64,000 nt of DNA from Cenococcum geophilum (taxonomy: Eukaryota). This document shows positions 49,958 through 62,229 of the stretch, one piece after another. Position 1 is the first letter of the stretch; the number at the start of each line of letters is the position of its first letter. Where the stretch lies: the NCBI GenBank assembly GCA_050273025.1, contig CP158635.1, positions 10,602,001 to 10,666,000 of the forward strand, in the 5' to 3' direction. The notes beneath the pieces were generated by a model. It searched no databases, had not been told where the DNA came from, and worked only from the letters and a program-made list of their open reading frames with translations. Both the position numbers and the translations under genes were made by a program.

Positions 49958-52900
49958 GAGACGGCCGCTACAGCAGCAGAATGCGCCTACCACCTACCCA
50001 ATAAAGAAATAACCATCTCCAATCAAATCTACGGTATATTATGCCCTAGAACCAATGTATACAGCACAGCCGGAAAGCCTACGCGACCCTAGGGGGTCGC
50101 AGCAGACTCGAAGGGGAGGCGCCGTACAGGAAAACGCGATACAACAATAAATATAATAAAGGGCGACATAACCACAACAACCAAAGGACACTAACCAGAA
50201 ATGGCAGAAACTTGTGGACATCCTAAAAGACATTAAGGAAAATCTAGGGAAGGGAGAAGATAAACACCTACGTGTAGGGGTAGCGCGTGCAGCTTAAAAA
50301 GTAGGCCAAATCGCTTAGGAACTCTGGATAAAGCATAATAGGAACCAGAATATAGTAGAGGATAGGCTTAGGCGCATTAAAGACGCTATAAAAGAGTAGA
50401 AACTACCAACAATATAAGCAGCAAAACTATTATAGGCTAACATCGCAGCAGGCGCCTAACCGGCGACCCTCCTTTACCTACCTAGTATAGCACTAATAAG
50501 AGCTATAGTTAGGGTTTATATACCAATAGCAGCAGAAACGGACCCGGAATAGATTCTTATATTAATTAAAGTATATATACCAAAGGCAGTGGCGGTAAAA
50601 GTTCTATGTAGCGGCGATATAGAGGTTATGCTCCCTAACTAGGAGGTAAAGGACTAGACCCTTACCTAGGGAGACACCCCTAAGTGCAAGATTCTCCGCT
50701 AGGATTTCCTAGTTAAAATAATTAGGGTACCTCTTACTATACAAGTAGAAAGTGGGAAAGGCGCTATAAATATATAGATTATTTAAAGGATTATAGAGGC
50801 TACTAAAAAACTGGTCCTAGGGATTACTATAACTAGAATCGCATGGCTATATAAAAAAGAGCGTATAATACACATAGGGGAGACACTGGGGCCTTAAAGG
50901 ATTAAAACACGCGGTATTCTAATAATTAACCTACTAACCTAAGAAATGCAGGCTATAGTAGCCCGTAAAGGAGTAGTTATAGATAGCCTCTGGTACGAAG
51001 CCTAACTATACTACTACGCGGTAAAAGTTTAACGATGCTTTAGATGCTAATAGTAGGGGTATACCTAAAGCGGATGTGGGAAAGACGTAAGGTGCGGGAT
51101 ATGCGCTAATGTATATAACACTAAGGACTGCCGTAAGGATAAGGGAGATAGATGTATAAACTGCGGAAAAGGACATAGAGTATGGTAGAAGACGGCGTAT
51201 AAAACCTACTAGGTGTACCTAAAAGCTACTATAATAAGACGTATTAAACTATACTAGAATATAGCTATAGTACGGGGAAACGCTTATAAGGAGAAGGAGA
51301 TAAGTAGGGTAAATAACGTAAATGACGGAACCTAGTTAATTATATAGCGAAAGAGATCTAGGTTACCTACCCTAATAGGAGTACCCTCTGCCTAACTAGT
51401 AGTAAAATAGGCCATAGGACGCCCGTAAGGCAGCACTAATGCCGCTAGAGACCCGTCCTAGCAGAGAATCCCAATTATAATAATCCTGGATAGGACGCCC
51501 TAGATATAAAGGGAAGGCGCTAATAAGTCACTAGACTAATTACCACTATAAAATTAATAACAATAGTTTAATATAACTGCGGACACTTAAATTATAGAGC
51601 TACGCGCCCTTTATTTAATAGTCTAGACCCAGAGGAATACTAGATAATTATAATATAGAAATTAGCATTTAATAAGCAAACCCAAAAAACGTACCAACTA
51701 AAAGGATATTACCTCCTATATAAACCAGACCTAGCTACCCGCGTGTACTTCCTAATTAGCAAATATATTAATACATAGGCGTGGAGCTACCGCTCTATTA
51801 GCCCTAATATAGCTAAACTACAAATAGCTATAGAGAGGGGCTAAATTAGTATAATTAATATCTATAACCTAAGTAATAATAGACCCTAAATAACTATGTG
51901 GGGCCTACTCTAACAAACTATTAACTTAGTAGAAGGTAAGATAATAGTCCTAGGGGACTTTAACACATACTATACAGCATAGGGAGGACTATAGGCCATA
52001 GTAGAAGTATAAGTGACTTACCTATTTAACGAACTAGCAACACGAGATATTATCTTAACTACCTTAACTAGTAAACCTATATAGAAAAGAGGAACCTAAG
52101 AGAGTATAATTAACCTTATATTTATATAAGAAGCGCTTATAGACTAACTAGGATTCTGCGGACTAGAAGATATATAGGCACTAACTATAGACTATATACC
52201 TATACGGATAGCTCTTAACGTCGCTGTCCTAGTGCTATAAACTTACTAGAGATACGCCATTAAAAAACTTAATTAGGAAAAATACTCTTAGGAAATTAAT
52301 AATAAACTAGCAGCGACCCCTAAAGTAACGCTAGAGGATATCTAGAGGACTATAAGCAACTACCTAGAGGAATACTGCCTAAAGGCTAGGCCTAACAAAT
52401 ATGCTTAGCGCGAGTGGTCGCTAGAGGCAGTATAGCTACTTATAGGCTTAAGAAGGGCGAGGCGATAGTATAGCGTAATAGGCAAGGCCTACTACTAATA
52501 GAGTTATAAGGCCCTAAAGAATAGGCTTAAGAAGATAATACGGAAGGAAAGTAGAAATAGCTAGCATTAATTTCTAGAGGAAATTACCTTAGATATTACT
52601 AAACTATATAACCAAGGCCTCTGGCGCATATTAAAGTGGAGTAAAAGAGTAGTTAGTAAAACGTTAGGAGACCCCTACCTACCTATACTCTATAGGATAG
52701 AATAGGATTAATACATAAATAATAACGGGGAAAAAATAAAAATACTAGCAGAGAGGTTCTTCCCTAGCGTAGTTTAAGCGGACCTATAGGACACTAGCAG
52801 TTAAGAAGACCCTATACCTTTAGAGATAAGCTAGATGGTTATAATAAAGGAGATAAAGGACGCTATATAGAAGCTCCTTAATGGGAAAGCAGTAGGATTA

Positions 52901-55900
52901 AACAGGATCCTAAATAAGGCAATTAAAGCTGTATTAGAAGCTCTAATAATACCACTAGCTAATATTATAACTACCTGCCTATACAAAGGCAAGCTATTAG
53001 AATGCTGTAAAGTAATAACTATAGTTATCCTATAAAAGGCAAATAAAAAGGACTACTCTCTACTAGGAAGTTACCGACTAATTACCCTTAAAAACACGCT
53101 AAGAAAGCTCCTAGAAAAAATAGTTATAGAGCGTATATAAGAAGCCGCAGAAGTATATAAGCTACTATTACGGATATAAATGGGCGTAAGGAAGAAGCAA
53201 TTAACCCTATTAGCTATCTCCCTAATTACTTTTAGTGTCCAGGTAGCGTGGCAAGCTAGGCTAGGCTATATAGTATCTATACTAAGTCTAGATATAAGCG
53301 GAGCCTTTAACTATATATCTATTACGGAGTAAGTATAAGCGGTGATAATATATAGCGAAGTAGGTATTATTAAGCTATGTATATAAACTGCGTGATAAAG
53401 TCAAGACGTTGCGTAAGGAAAGAAGGTAGGAAAACGGGAAGAAAGGGCATATATCGTTAACTTAGTTGCTTAGTTAACACGTATATAGGCAGAATAGGGT
53501 TTAGGTTATAGTCCTGGCAGAACTTGGTAGAATTTGGTAGAACTTGGTAGAATATGGCAGAATGCCGTAGATTGCCGTTAGATTGCCATTAAATTGCCGT
53601 TAGATTGCTATTTCGCGGTTAGTCTCTAATTGCTAAGTTGGTGGAAATAGGTGGACGTGTACAAGGTGTCACGGGGGTATCCCGTGATAGTACCCCCCCT
53701 TTAAACTCGAGCTTCTGCGAGATAGGGCTATAGTAGTTCTGGGTGGAGTTCGCGAAAGTCTTTTGCGGCTTATGTAAGTCCTATAGAGTTAACGGGTTCC
53801 CATAAGGACTTAGTAAAGCCTCTCTATTTCATAAGATATATATATTAGCGTTTCCGTTTATTATACTTAATATTATTAATTCTTTTAACAAAGTACTTAT
53901 TCTTACCATCCACTTCAACTAGTGGGGGAGGGTCTTATATTTATTTAGGCAGGGCGTCTAATACGGGGGCAGCAGGGCGGAGGACTAACGTATAGAATAT
54001 GGGGTGGATTTTAACCGTATTAGGGAGCTTCAATCGGTAGGTATAAAAAGAGATAACCTTTTTAACCTTATAAGGGCCAGCGTTCTTCCAATTAAGTTTC
54101 TTAGTAGGTCGTTTCGTGTTTAGATTTCTTATATCTAGCCAGACAAAATTACCAATTTAGTAGGCCGGTGCTAGGGTTTGTTTCTTATTCGCTGCGGCTT
54201 TATAGACAGATTAAGCCCATATTATCTTATTGGTAAGGAACTATTGTAGTTCCTCCATCTTCTTTATAAATTTATTTGCTTTTATAACTTATAAGGCGTA
54301 ATAAGCGGGGTAAGGAATATTACTAAAGGGTTTAAAACCTATTTATGGGTGCTAGCTATAATTGGCCAGGAACGGGGAGACTTTCGTAGTTTCCGAGACG
54401 GAGTTATTTATAGTAAACTCGGCGAATATAAGCTAGTTAATCCAGTTATTCTGCAAATATAATATATATATCCGAATATACTATTCCATTATAGCATTTA
54501 CGCGTTCCGTTTGGCTATCCGTTTCTAGGTAATACGCGGTAGATAACAGTGCTTTAATACGGAGTTAAGTAGTTAGTTTTTTCTAGAATGCCGAGACAAA
54601 CTAGTTGCCTCTATTGGAGATAATCGTTTTAGGGAGTCCGTAGAGTTTCCATACATAATCTAGGAATAGTTGGGCAACGGTAGGCGTTAATATATCGGGG
54701 CAGGCAATTAAGTGTCTTATTTTAGATAGTCGGTCTATAACTACTATAATGTTTATACAGCCTCTACTCTTAGGAAGGTTAATAACAAAGTTAATTAAGA
54801 TATCCTTCTATCTTCGGTCCGGAACGGGCAGTGGCTTTAAAAGACCATTATACGTCTTATACAAGGCTTTAGCTTATCAGTAGGTGTGGCAGCTAGAGAC
54901 GTACCTTTATGTCATATTATACATATTCGGCTAATAATACTCCCGTTAGAGTAGTTCTAGGGTCTTTCCTTGGCCTAGGTGGCCGGCGACAGGTAGATTA
55001 TATACGTGTTTAAGGAGTTTAAGCTTAAGCTTATTATGATTAGGGATAACTAGACGGTTCTGGTAATATAAGCGATTTCCGCGGGCTTTATATTTACTTA
55101 AAGAAATCTTTTTAGAGCGTCTAATGCCATCTTGTATTAGCTTAAGCGTCTCTTAAATAAACTCGTCATTTAGGTATTTGTTAACTATAATCTGTTTAAT
55201 CAATTAATTAGTTATTTTAAGGACGTGTACTATAAGATCTTTAGTAGGAGGGTTAAATAGTTCAGGGCGAAGTAGGGTTTAATTTTGGTAAGAGCGCGCT
55301 TCTTCTAGGGCTAGTGCGTCTTGCGAGCGTCAGGTTAGGGCATTAGGCTTCTAACCTTAGACGCCTAGGCGGTATATAATTAAGAATTGGAAATAAGATA
55401 GATATTCTAACCAGCGGGCCTAATAATAACTTAGCTGTTTCGTGGTCGTAAAGTACTGTAGGTTCTTATAGTCGCTAAGGACCTTAATTGGAAATTTAGC
55501 GCCTTCTAGTTCGGGTCGCCATTGTTTAAAATACCTAATAATAGCTAATAATTCCTTATCTTAGATCTCGTAGTTATATTTAGCTAGGCTTAGTTATTTT
55601 AAGAAGTATGCTACGGGGTATAATACTCTATCCTCGTTATATTAAGACAGGATGCCTCTAGTAACGTAGTTAGATAAGTCGGCTTCTATAACACTTATTC
55701 GGTTCGGGTTAAAGTATTAGAGTATAGGCGCAGTAGTAAACATGACCTTTAGATAGGTAAAGGCCTTCTTATATTCCTTATTAAAGATAAAGACTTTATC
55801 CTTTTGAGTTAGAGCTATAAGGGGTAAAACCAGGGCAGAGAAGTTATTAATAAACCGTTGGTAGAAATTAGCAAATCCTATAAAGGCTCTTACGTCCTTA

Positions 55901-58900
55901 ACGTTCTTAGGTTCTTACTAGTTCACAATTGCTTTAACTTTTTTCAGGTCCATTTATATACCGTTTGTAGAAATAAGGAGTCTAAGGTATAGGACTTCCG
56001 TTTTATGGAACTTGTATTTATCTACATCCAATTATAGACTAGCTCTGTGTAGGGCTTATAGAATAAGGTCAGCGTGTTTCTAATGTTCGGTTAGGTTATT
56101 ACTGTATATTAGGATGTTGTCAATATAAGTAGTACAGAAGATATCTAGGTAGGGGCGTAGGGTGTTGTTTATATAATGTTAAAACAAGCTCGGGGCGTTT
56201 ATGAGGCCAAAGGGTATTACTAAGTACTTAAATAGTCTATATTAGGTACAAAATGTAGTAAGCTATTTATCCCCTTTTATAATACGGAGACGGTTAAATA
56301 TAAAGATGATATTAAGCTTCGTGTAATAACGAGCCTTACTTAGTTAGTTCAGTGTCTCCTATATTAACGGGATCGGATATTAGTTCTTAATGGTAACGGC
56401 GTTAAGAGCTCGGTAGTCTATATAGAAGCGTAGACCGCCGCCAGGTTTCTTAACGAAGATCACTGGTGCGGCTATAGGCGATAAGCTTGCTCTAATAAAT
56501 CCTTTGCTTAGGTTCTTATCTAAATACTTTCATAGTACTTAGAGTTTGTTTTAGGATATTCTGTATAAGGGTCCAAATCTAGGCTGCTTTCCTTCTTCAA
56601 GTATAATCTTATGGTTATACGATTGGTGTTCCGGTAGCTTATCGGCTTCCTTCTATAAAAATACCTCTAGGCGGTTATAGTACTCTACTAGTACCTTTAT
56701 AGTAGGGTTAGTATACTTCTTTAGTGCTAAGGCCTTCTTAATATCAGCTATAGTAACAGCAAAGATTGTATATTTAGGTTTCTTAGCAAGTTACGCTAAC
56801 GGAGTAGCTTTAATTATGCGGATATTTAGGGTACCGAGCTCGTTCGGCTCGTCCGTAGTTTCTTATTCGGGTTTAGGTTTAGTGTTAGATACGGAGTTAG
56901 TATTAAATTCGGGTTCGGGTTCTTTAAGTATTCTTTTTATTATAGGATACTAGTCCTTCTAGTAGTTTCGTGTACTAAGCTTAAGTTTCTATTTAGTTTG
57001 GGGCGGTATAGTGCTTAGTAATAACTTATAAAGCTTAGTGGAATTTTCGGATCCTTAGTGGGTGTCGGTGGAATTCTTATATTGGTGGAATTTGGTGGAA
57101 ATCTTACGTTAGTAGAATCTGGTAGATTCTTTAGATTTTGGTTTTAGGTCTAAGTAGTAAGTTATAAAGCACTTCTGCTTATAATGGGAGGCGGTAAATA
57201 GAAGCTTAAGGTTATCCTAATTGATAGTCACCTTATATAGCTTTATCTAGGGTTGTCTAAGGATTACTAAGTGACCTAAGGTGGTAATGAAAAGCTTAAT
57301 CAGTTCTTTGTAGTTTAGGTATTAGAGTCTTAGGGTTACCACGTAGGTAATACGGCCTAAGATAGTACGTTTGCCATTAAATCTAAATACGTTAATATGC
57401 TGGTTAAGGGGGGTTAGGGTAAAACTATTATTTTGCGCAAAGATCTTGTTAATAAATCCTATACCGCTAGCTCCTGTATTAATTAGGATTTGAGCGTTAG
57501 CCTATTAACTATTCTGCTAAAGATAACAGTTAATAGTTATACTACGGTCCTAAGAGTCGGAGTTTGTAACATTAAATGCATTTAATAAGATCCTATAGCA
57601 GAGCCGTCCTAAAGAGCGACTTAGCTCTAGAACCTTCCTTTTAGAGGTAATTAGGGTAGGGTTCTTATAGGACATTAGCTATAGCTTCGTCCTTATAAAT
57701 GGTGCTTATTAGATATAGGGGTGGAACCAGATAAAGATTAGGGACGGTAACCGGAAGATTAATATGGTGAACAGCTGCTAGTACTGGCCGTTTATAAATC
57801 GTTTCGGGGCATAGAAACAAAGCAGTGGTTTAAGAGGTAGGAGCCACTTCTATATTTAAAGCAGAGGCCTAGCTTAATACATTATTCTTATTTAGAGGAC
57901 CCTAATAGGGCGTATCCTAGGGTCCTAGTGTCAATATCTATGGCGTCGGGGTGCTTGGGTTAAGACAATAACTTAATAGACGTTCGTGGGGTTGTTGTGT
58001 TATACCAATAAATAGGCTTTAGTGTGAGGCGTAGTATATTATTATACCGTTTATTAATAACGTTTACGCAGGCGTTAAGAGTTTCCGGGAGGTCTACGCC
58101 TATTAGGGAGGTTTTTAGTTTAGGGCTTAAGGACTTAATAAGGCTGTTAATTAGTACGGAGTTATTCTAGCCTGTTTCCTTTACGTAGTAGTTAAATTCG
58201 GAGAAGTATACTAGGAAACTTTTTTTTTCTTAAGTTATTTGGTTTATCTTTCTTTAAGCGGTGGCTTGGTGGTTTAGGTCACTATATATAGCTTTAAGAA
58301 GTATAACTAGGCTTTATACTAAGTTTAGTTAGAGAGGTTTAATAAAATTAGCTACGTCTCCTTCTAGTCGACTTAGGGCGTAATAGAGTTAGTTAGCTTC
58401 GGTTAGGTAGCGGTTAGCATTACTAGTTAGCTTATTCTTAAGCCGGCTTAAGAATAACTAAAGCTCTTATCGTTTACCGGTGAATACTAGGGGGTCTAAT
58501 AGTTTCTTAGATCGTTTTGGTGCAGTAGTTAGTTCTATAGGGTAAGTAACTACTACTAATTTAGGGCTTACGTTCCGCGTATTTATCTCTAGAGATGGTG
58601 TTTAGTCTTAGGGCCTTAATATAGACATCTTAAGGATGCGGACTTCTTCTTAAAGTGCTTTAATTAATTATTATTGTTGTGCTTCTTATTTGGCTTGCTA
58701 TTAAGTTAAAGTGGCTTAGTACTGTGCAAGGGCGTCCGTAAAGGACTTCTGTATACCTGCTAATTATTCTTAGAGTGCAGCTATAATAGCGTCGGCCATT
58801 GCGGGGGCTTTAGGGTCGTTCTGTATTTTTAGAGGGTAGTATAAGTTTTTAACGCAACGTAGTATTACGGAGTGAGTATAAGCGGTGATAATATATAGCG

Positions 58901-61099
58901 AAGTAGGTATTATTAAGCTATGTATATAAACTGCGTAATAAAGTTAAGACGTTGCGTAAGGAAAGAAGGTAGGAAAATGGGAAAAAAGGGTATATATCGT
59001 TGACTTAGTTGCTTAGTTAACACGTGCATGGGCAGAATAGGGTTTAGGTCGTAGTCCTGGCAGAACTTGGCAGAATTCGGTAGAACTTAGCAGAATATGG
59101 CAGAATGCCGTAGATTGCCGTTAGATTGCCATCAGATTGCCGTTAGATTGCCATTTCGCGGTTGGTCTCTAATTGCTAAGTCGGTAGAAATAGGTGGACG
59201 TGTGCAAGGTATTACGGGGGTGTCCCGTGACAATATCGTATAAGAGGCTCCTATAGATTCTAAGAAAGAAGGGCCTCCTAGAATAGATAATTAAGTTTAC
59301 TTAATCCTTCTTAATAGGGCGCAATACTAAAATAGTATTTGAGGGATATAAAAGTGAAATAATACTAATACACACAGGAATCCTATAGGGATTACCCCTA
59401 TCGCTAATCCTATTCCTATTCTTTATATCTAAGCTACTAAAGACATTTAATAATAACTAGGAAATAGTAGCCCTAGGCTTTATAGACGATACAAACCTTA
59501 TTATATAGGGAAACATAGCAGCAGAAAACTGCACTAGGCTAAATTAGGTATATAATAGGTGCATTATATAGGCAAAACAATATAGTGCTAAATTTGCACT
59601 AAATAAATACTAGCTTATCTATTTTATAAGGAAAAGGAGGGTAAACAATAACCTAGTGTTAATGGTAAGTATCTAGGGATGCGAAGCAAAGCTAGAAGCT
59701 ATACTTAAGGTCCTAGGGGTCTAGGTAGACACTAAACTAAACTAGAATGCATATATTATAAAGGCAACTACTAGGGGTGCAGTAGTATTTGTAGTAGTAT
59801 TACGAATTACAGCCTTAACCTAGGGACTATTATTTAGACGTATATAACTACTATATACGGTAGTAGTAAGACCAATAATGCTATACGGAGCCCAGATCTG
59901 GGGCCTTAGACTAAACGGCAAGCCAATAGCAAAAAGCTCCCTAGCGCTACTAGAAAAACTATAGAACTAATACCTATGTAGAATCACAGGAGCCTATAAG
60001 CGGATACTACGTGCCGCAATAGAACGCGAAGCAGTAGTACTACCACTTAATGTCTATATAGACATAACTGCTATATAAAGAGCAGCCACAGTATAAGGAT
60101 ACCTAGTAGAGAAAGATATACACTAAGTACTAGAACGCATACGCGAAGTAAGGCCTTACTAGAGAGGAGTAAGGTCCTACTGGAGGTATAACGCGCCTAA
60201 GTATACAAGCCAGGAGGCCCTACGCCTATAAGTAGTAGAGAGAGAATAAGAAATATGGGAGTTACTATAATACTAAGCAGAGACCTAGCGCCACGCCGGT
60301 AGAGCACCGCTACGGCAATAGAGGATAGGAGGCCACCAATATAGGTAGAGATTAACTATATGTATCGCAAGATAGGCAGATATAGAGTGGAAGTGACGCT
60401 GGAAGAAGGCAGTAAAGACATAAAGAGTAGCCACGTGGAATACCCTATAGATGATACCAACTCTCCCCCTATACGAAGAACAGACAAAGGTAGAATCTAC
60501 GGCTGGCTTTTTACTATGGATAGAGGTAATAGGGCTAAACGCATGGCTAGTAAGCATCTATGTCCTATAAACTATACCACACTATATATGCGGATGGCCT
60601 ATATAATTAGTACGCTATATGCTACTCTTTTATAACTACTATACAGCTAGGGACTAGCTATTCGCCAGGGTGGGCATAAATAATATTATCCGAATACTCT
60701 CTACCAGTAGAGGCCTATATATAATAGCAAAATAGCTAATAAGCTAAGGAGTCCTCTAGCAATTCTAGATAGCATATAAGATCCAACAGGAGGACACTAG
60801 AGGATACGCCCCCTTCCAGCCCCTTAGGGACTGGACACCCCCGCCTAGTTAAAGGCGATACGTAGGCGAACTACCCAACCCTTTTACTACCCCCTAGATC
60901 TTCTAAGATACCCTAGAAGCATGGTATGAAAGGTAAACAAACTATAAAGATATACAGGCTAGGCAAAGGTGGAGCGCGTAAGACTAGCTAAAAGGATACA
61001 CCTAGGTTTTCCCCTAATTAGGGATTTTTCCTATATAGAAGGTAGAAGCCTGCATGGACCTAAAATAGGGACCGAATCGGGCGATAAATAGAATTAATA
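49958..61099 (+). mobile_element. Full-length RIP-inactivated Tad1-like LINE (ORF1 with three CCHC knuckles; ORF2 APE-RT-CCHC), interrupted by a Gypsy insertion
   Basis: 16-bp TSD ATAATATAACTAGCTA at 49942-49957 and 61100-61115, with a TAA-rich 3' tail. Knuckles at ~51035-51200, GDFNTH at ~51955, SYR.I.L.NTL.KLLE at ~53070, LDISGAF at ~53290, and GIP.G.PLS.ILF and GF.DD at ~59380-59490. Confidence 0.9.
53320..59232 (-). mobile_element. Full-length Gypsy chromovirus inserted in the LINE RT, RIP-mutated
   Basis: 370-bp LTRs at 53320-53689 and 58863-59232, with TSD ATATC (53315-53319, 59233-59237). PPT poly-C at ~53693-53699. Gag-PR-RT-RH-IN-chromodomain remnants on minus. The LTR differences inspected are C/T or G/A transitions. 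Confidence 0.92.
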
Positions 61100-61344
61100 A
61101 TAATATAACTAGCTATATAACTTAGCTACTTTTTATCCCATAGCTTAACTAGTTCCAGTGCCTCCTATACTATCTTAACTAACCTATTTATATCTCTTTT
61201 TAGTAGTCGTACTACTACTAATATAAGGTCCGTAACACTACCCCCCTTTTTTTATCTTTGTTTTTAAAGATATCTCCTATCTCTAAGTTGTTTATTAAAG
61301 GTATAGCATTCCTATCTTTAATTTAATAACCTTTATTATTCCTA

Positions 61345-62030
61345 ATGCCTCCTATTAGATCTTTGGTATCTAAGCATTATACTTATATAATTTCTACAAT
61401 TCTTTTATTAGGTAAAATTATATCTCCTTATTCTTGCTATATAGAGAAGAAGTTAGTATATATTGTAATCGCGGCTCCATTTAGTCGCCAATCTTCTTTC
61501 TATACTAAGTGTACGTAAGCGAATACGCAATCGTCCTATAATATTTAATCCGTTTCTAACGCTAAGTATACGCGCTTTATTAATCTTTAAAGTCTTCTAC
61601 TTTCTTATCTAATCAACTATAGGGTCCCGTATTTAATTGGCTACTATAAAGCTTAATAAAGAACTCTTACTAGCCCTAAATAAACTTTATTATTCTTATA
61701 AAGTAGAGTAAAAGGTTATAGAAGCTTAGTAATATACTACTAAGGCTTACCTAGCCGTATCCGTTCAGCTACTTTATCTTAAAAAGGTTTATAAAAAGGT
61801 ACGCTTAAAGGAGTTCCACTTAGTTAAGTAAGGTTTAGCTAAACTTAAGGCTAAGGAGGCTAAAAAGGATTCTATTTAGAAAGAAGCGGAAATAGTTTAT
61901 ACGCTAGTAGTAGATCCTTTAGATAATCCGGCTCGTCTATTACCCTTAACTAATTCCTTTATTTTTAGCTTCTTTTTAATATTACCTAACCTATTCTCTT
62001 CTAATACTCCTATACCTTTCCTATAGCATT
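61345..62030 (+). pseudogene. RIP-mutated, intron-containing Zn2Cys6-like + coiled-coil gene carried antisense inside the Gypsy 3' region
   Basis: ATG at 61345 is in frame with TAT/TGT codons at 61429, 61438, 61459, 61501, 61510 and 61537 (C-x2-C-x6-C-x13-C-x2-C-x8-C after TAT->TGT reversion). Putative intron 61568-61622 (RIP-altered GTACGC, CTAAT branch, TAG acceptor). Exon 2 de-RIPs to a coiled coil. The 3' end is approximate. Confidence 0.6.
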
Positions 62031-62229
62031 TCTTAGGTTCTATAATAACTTCTAGGTAGTCTCGTTATAACCTATCCACTTTACTTTATACTATATTTTA
62101 TTATTAATGTCCTTATAGTTAATAATCTTTAAAACTTACTATTTATCTTCTTTTTATCCTCTATATATATCTGCCTTATAGACTAATAGCTCTATATCTC
62201 CGTATACTAGTTCTAGCATTATAATATAC

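Larger units (their letters stand above)
49656..62229 (-). mobile_element. 3' part of a Gypsy chromovirus: 3' LTR (49656-49957 + 61116-61237, split by the LINE), PPT, ~0.7-kb 3' region, chromodomain/integrase end, cut by the Copia at 62230
   Basis: LTR TGTAACG...CCGTAACA once the LINE and its TSD are removed. A C7 tract follows at 61241-61246. Minus-strand 62030-62229 de-RIPs to ..MLEP...EV.KI.D.......Y.VKW.GY.ETTWE...NL.NA. Confidence 0.75.

Noticed and set aside
60285..60635. ORFs 60285-60557 and 60360-60635
   Set aside because: Chance or partial frames within the decayed LINE ORF2 3' region.
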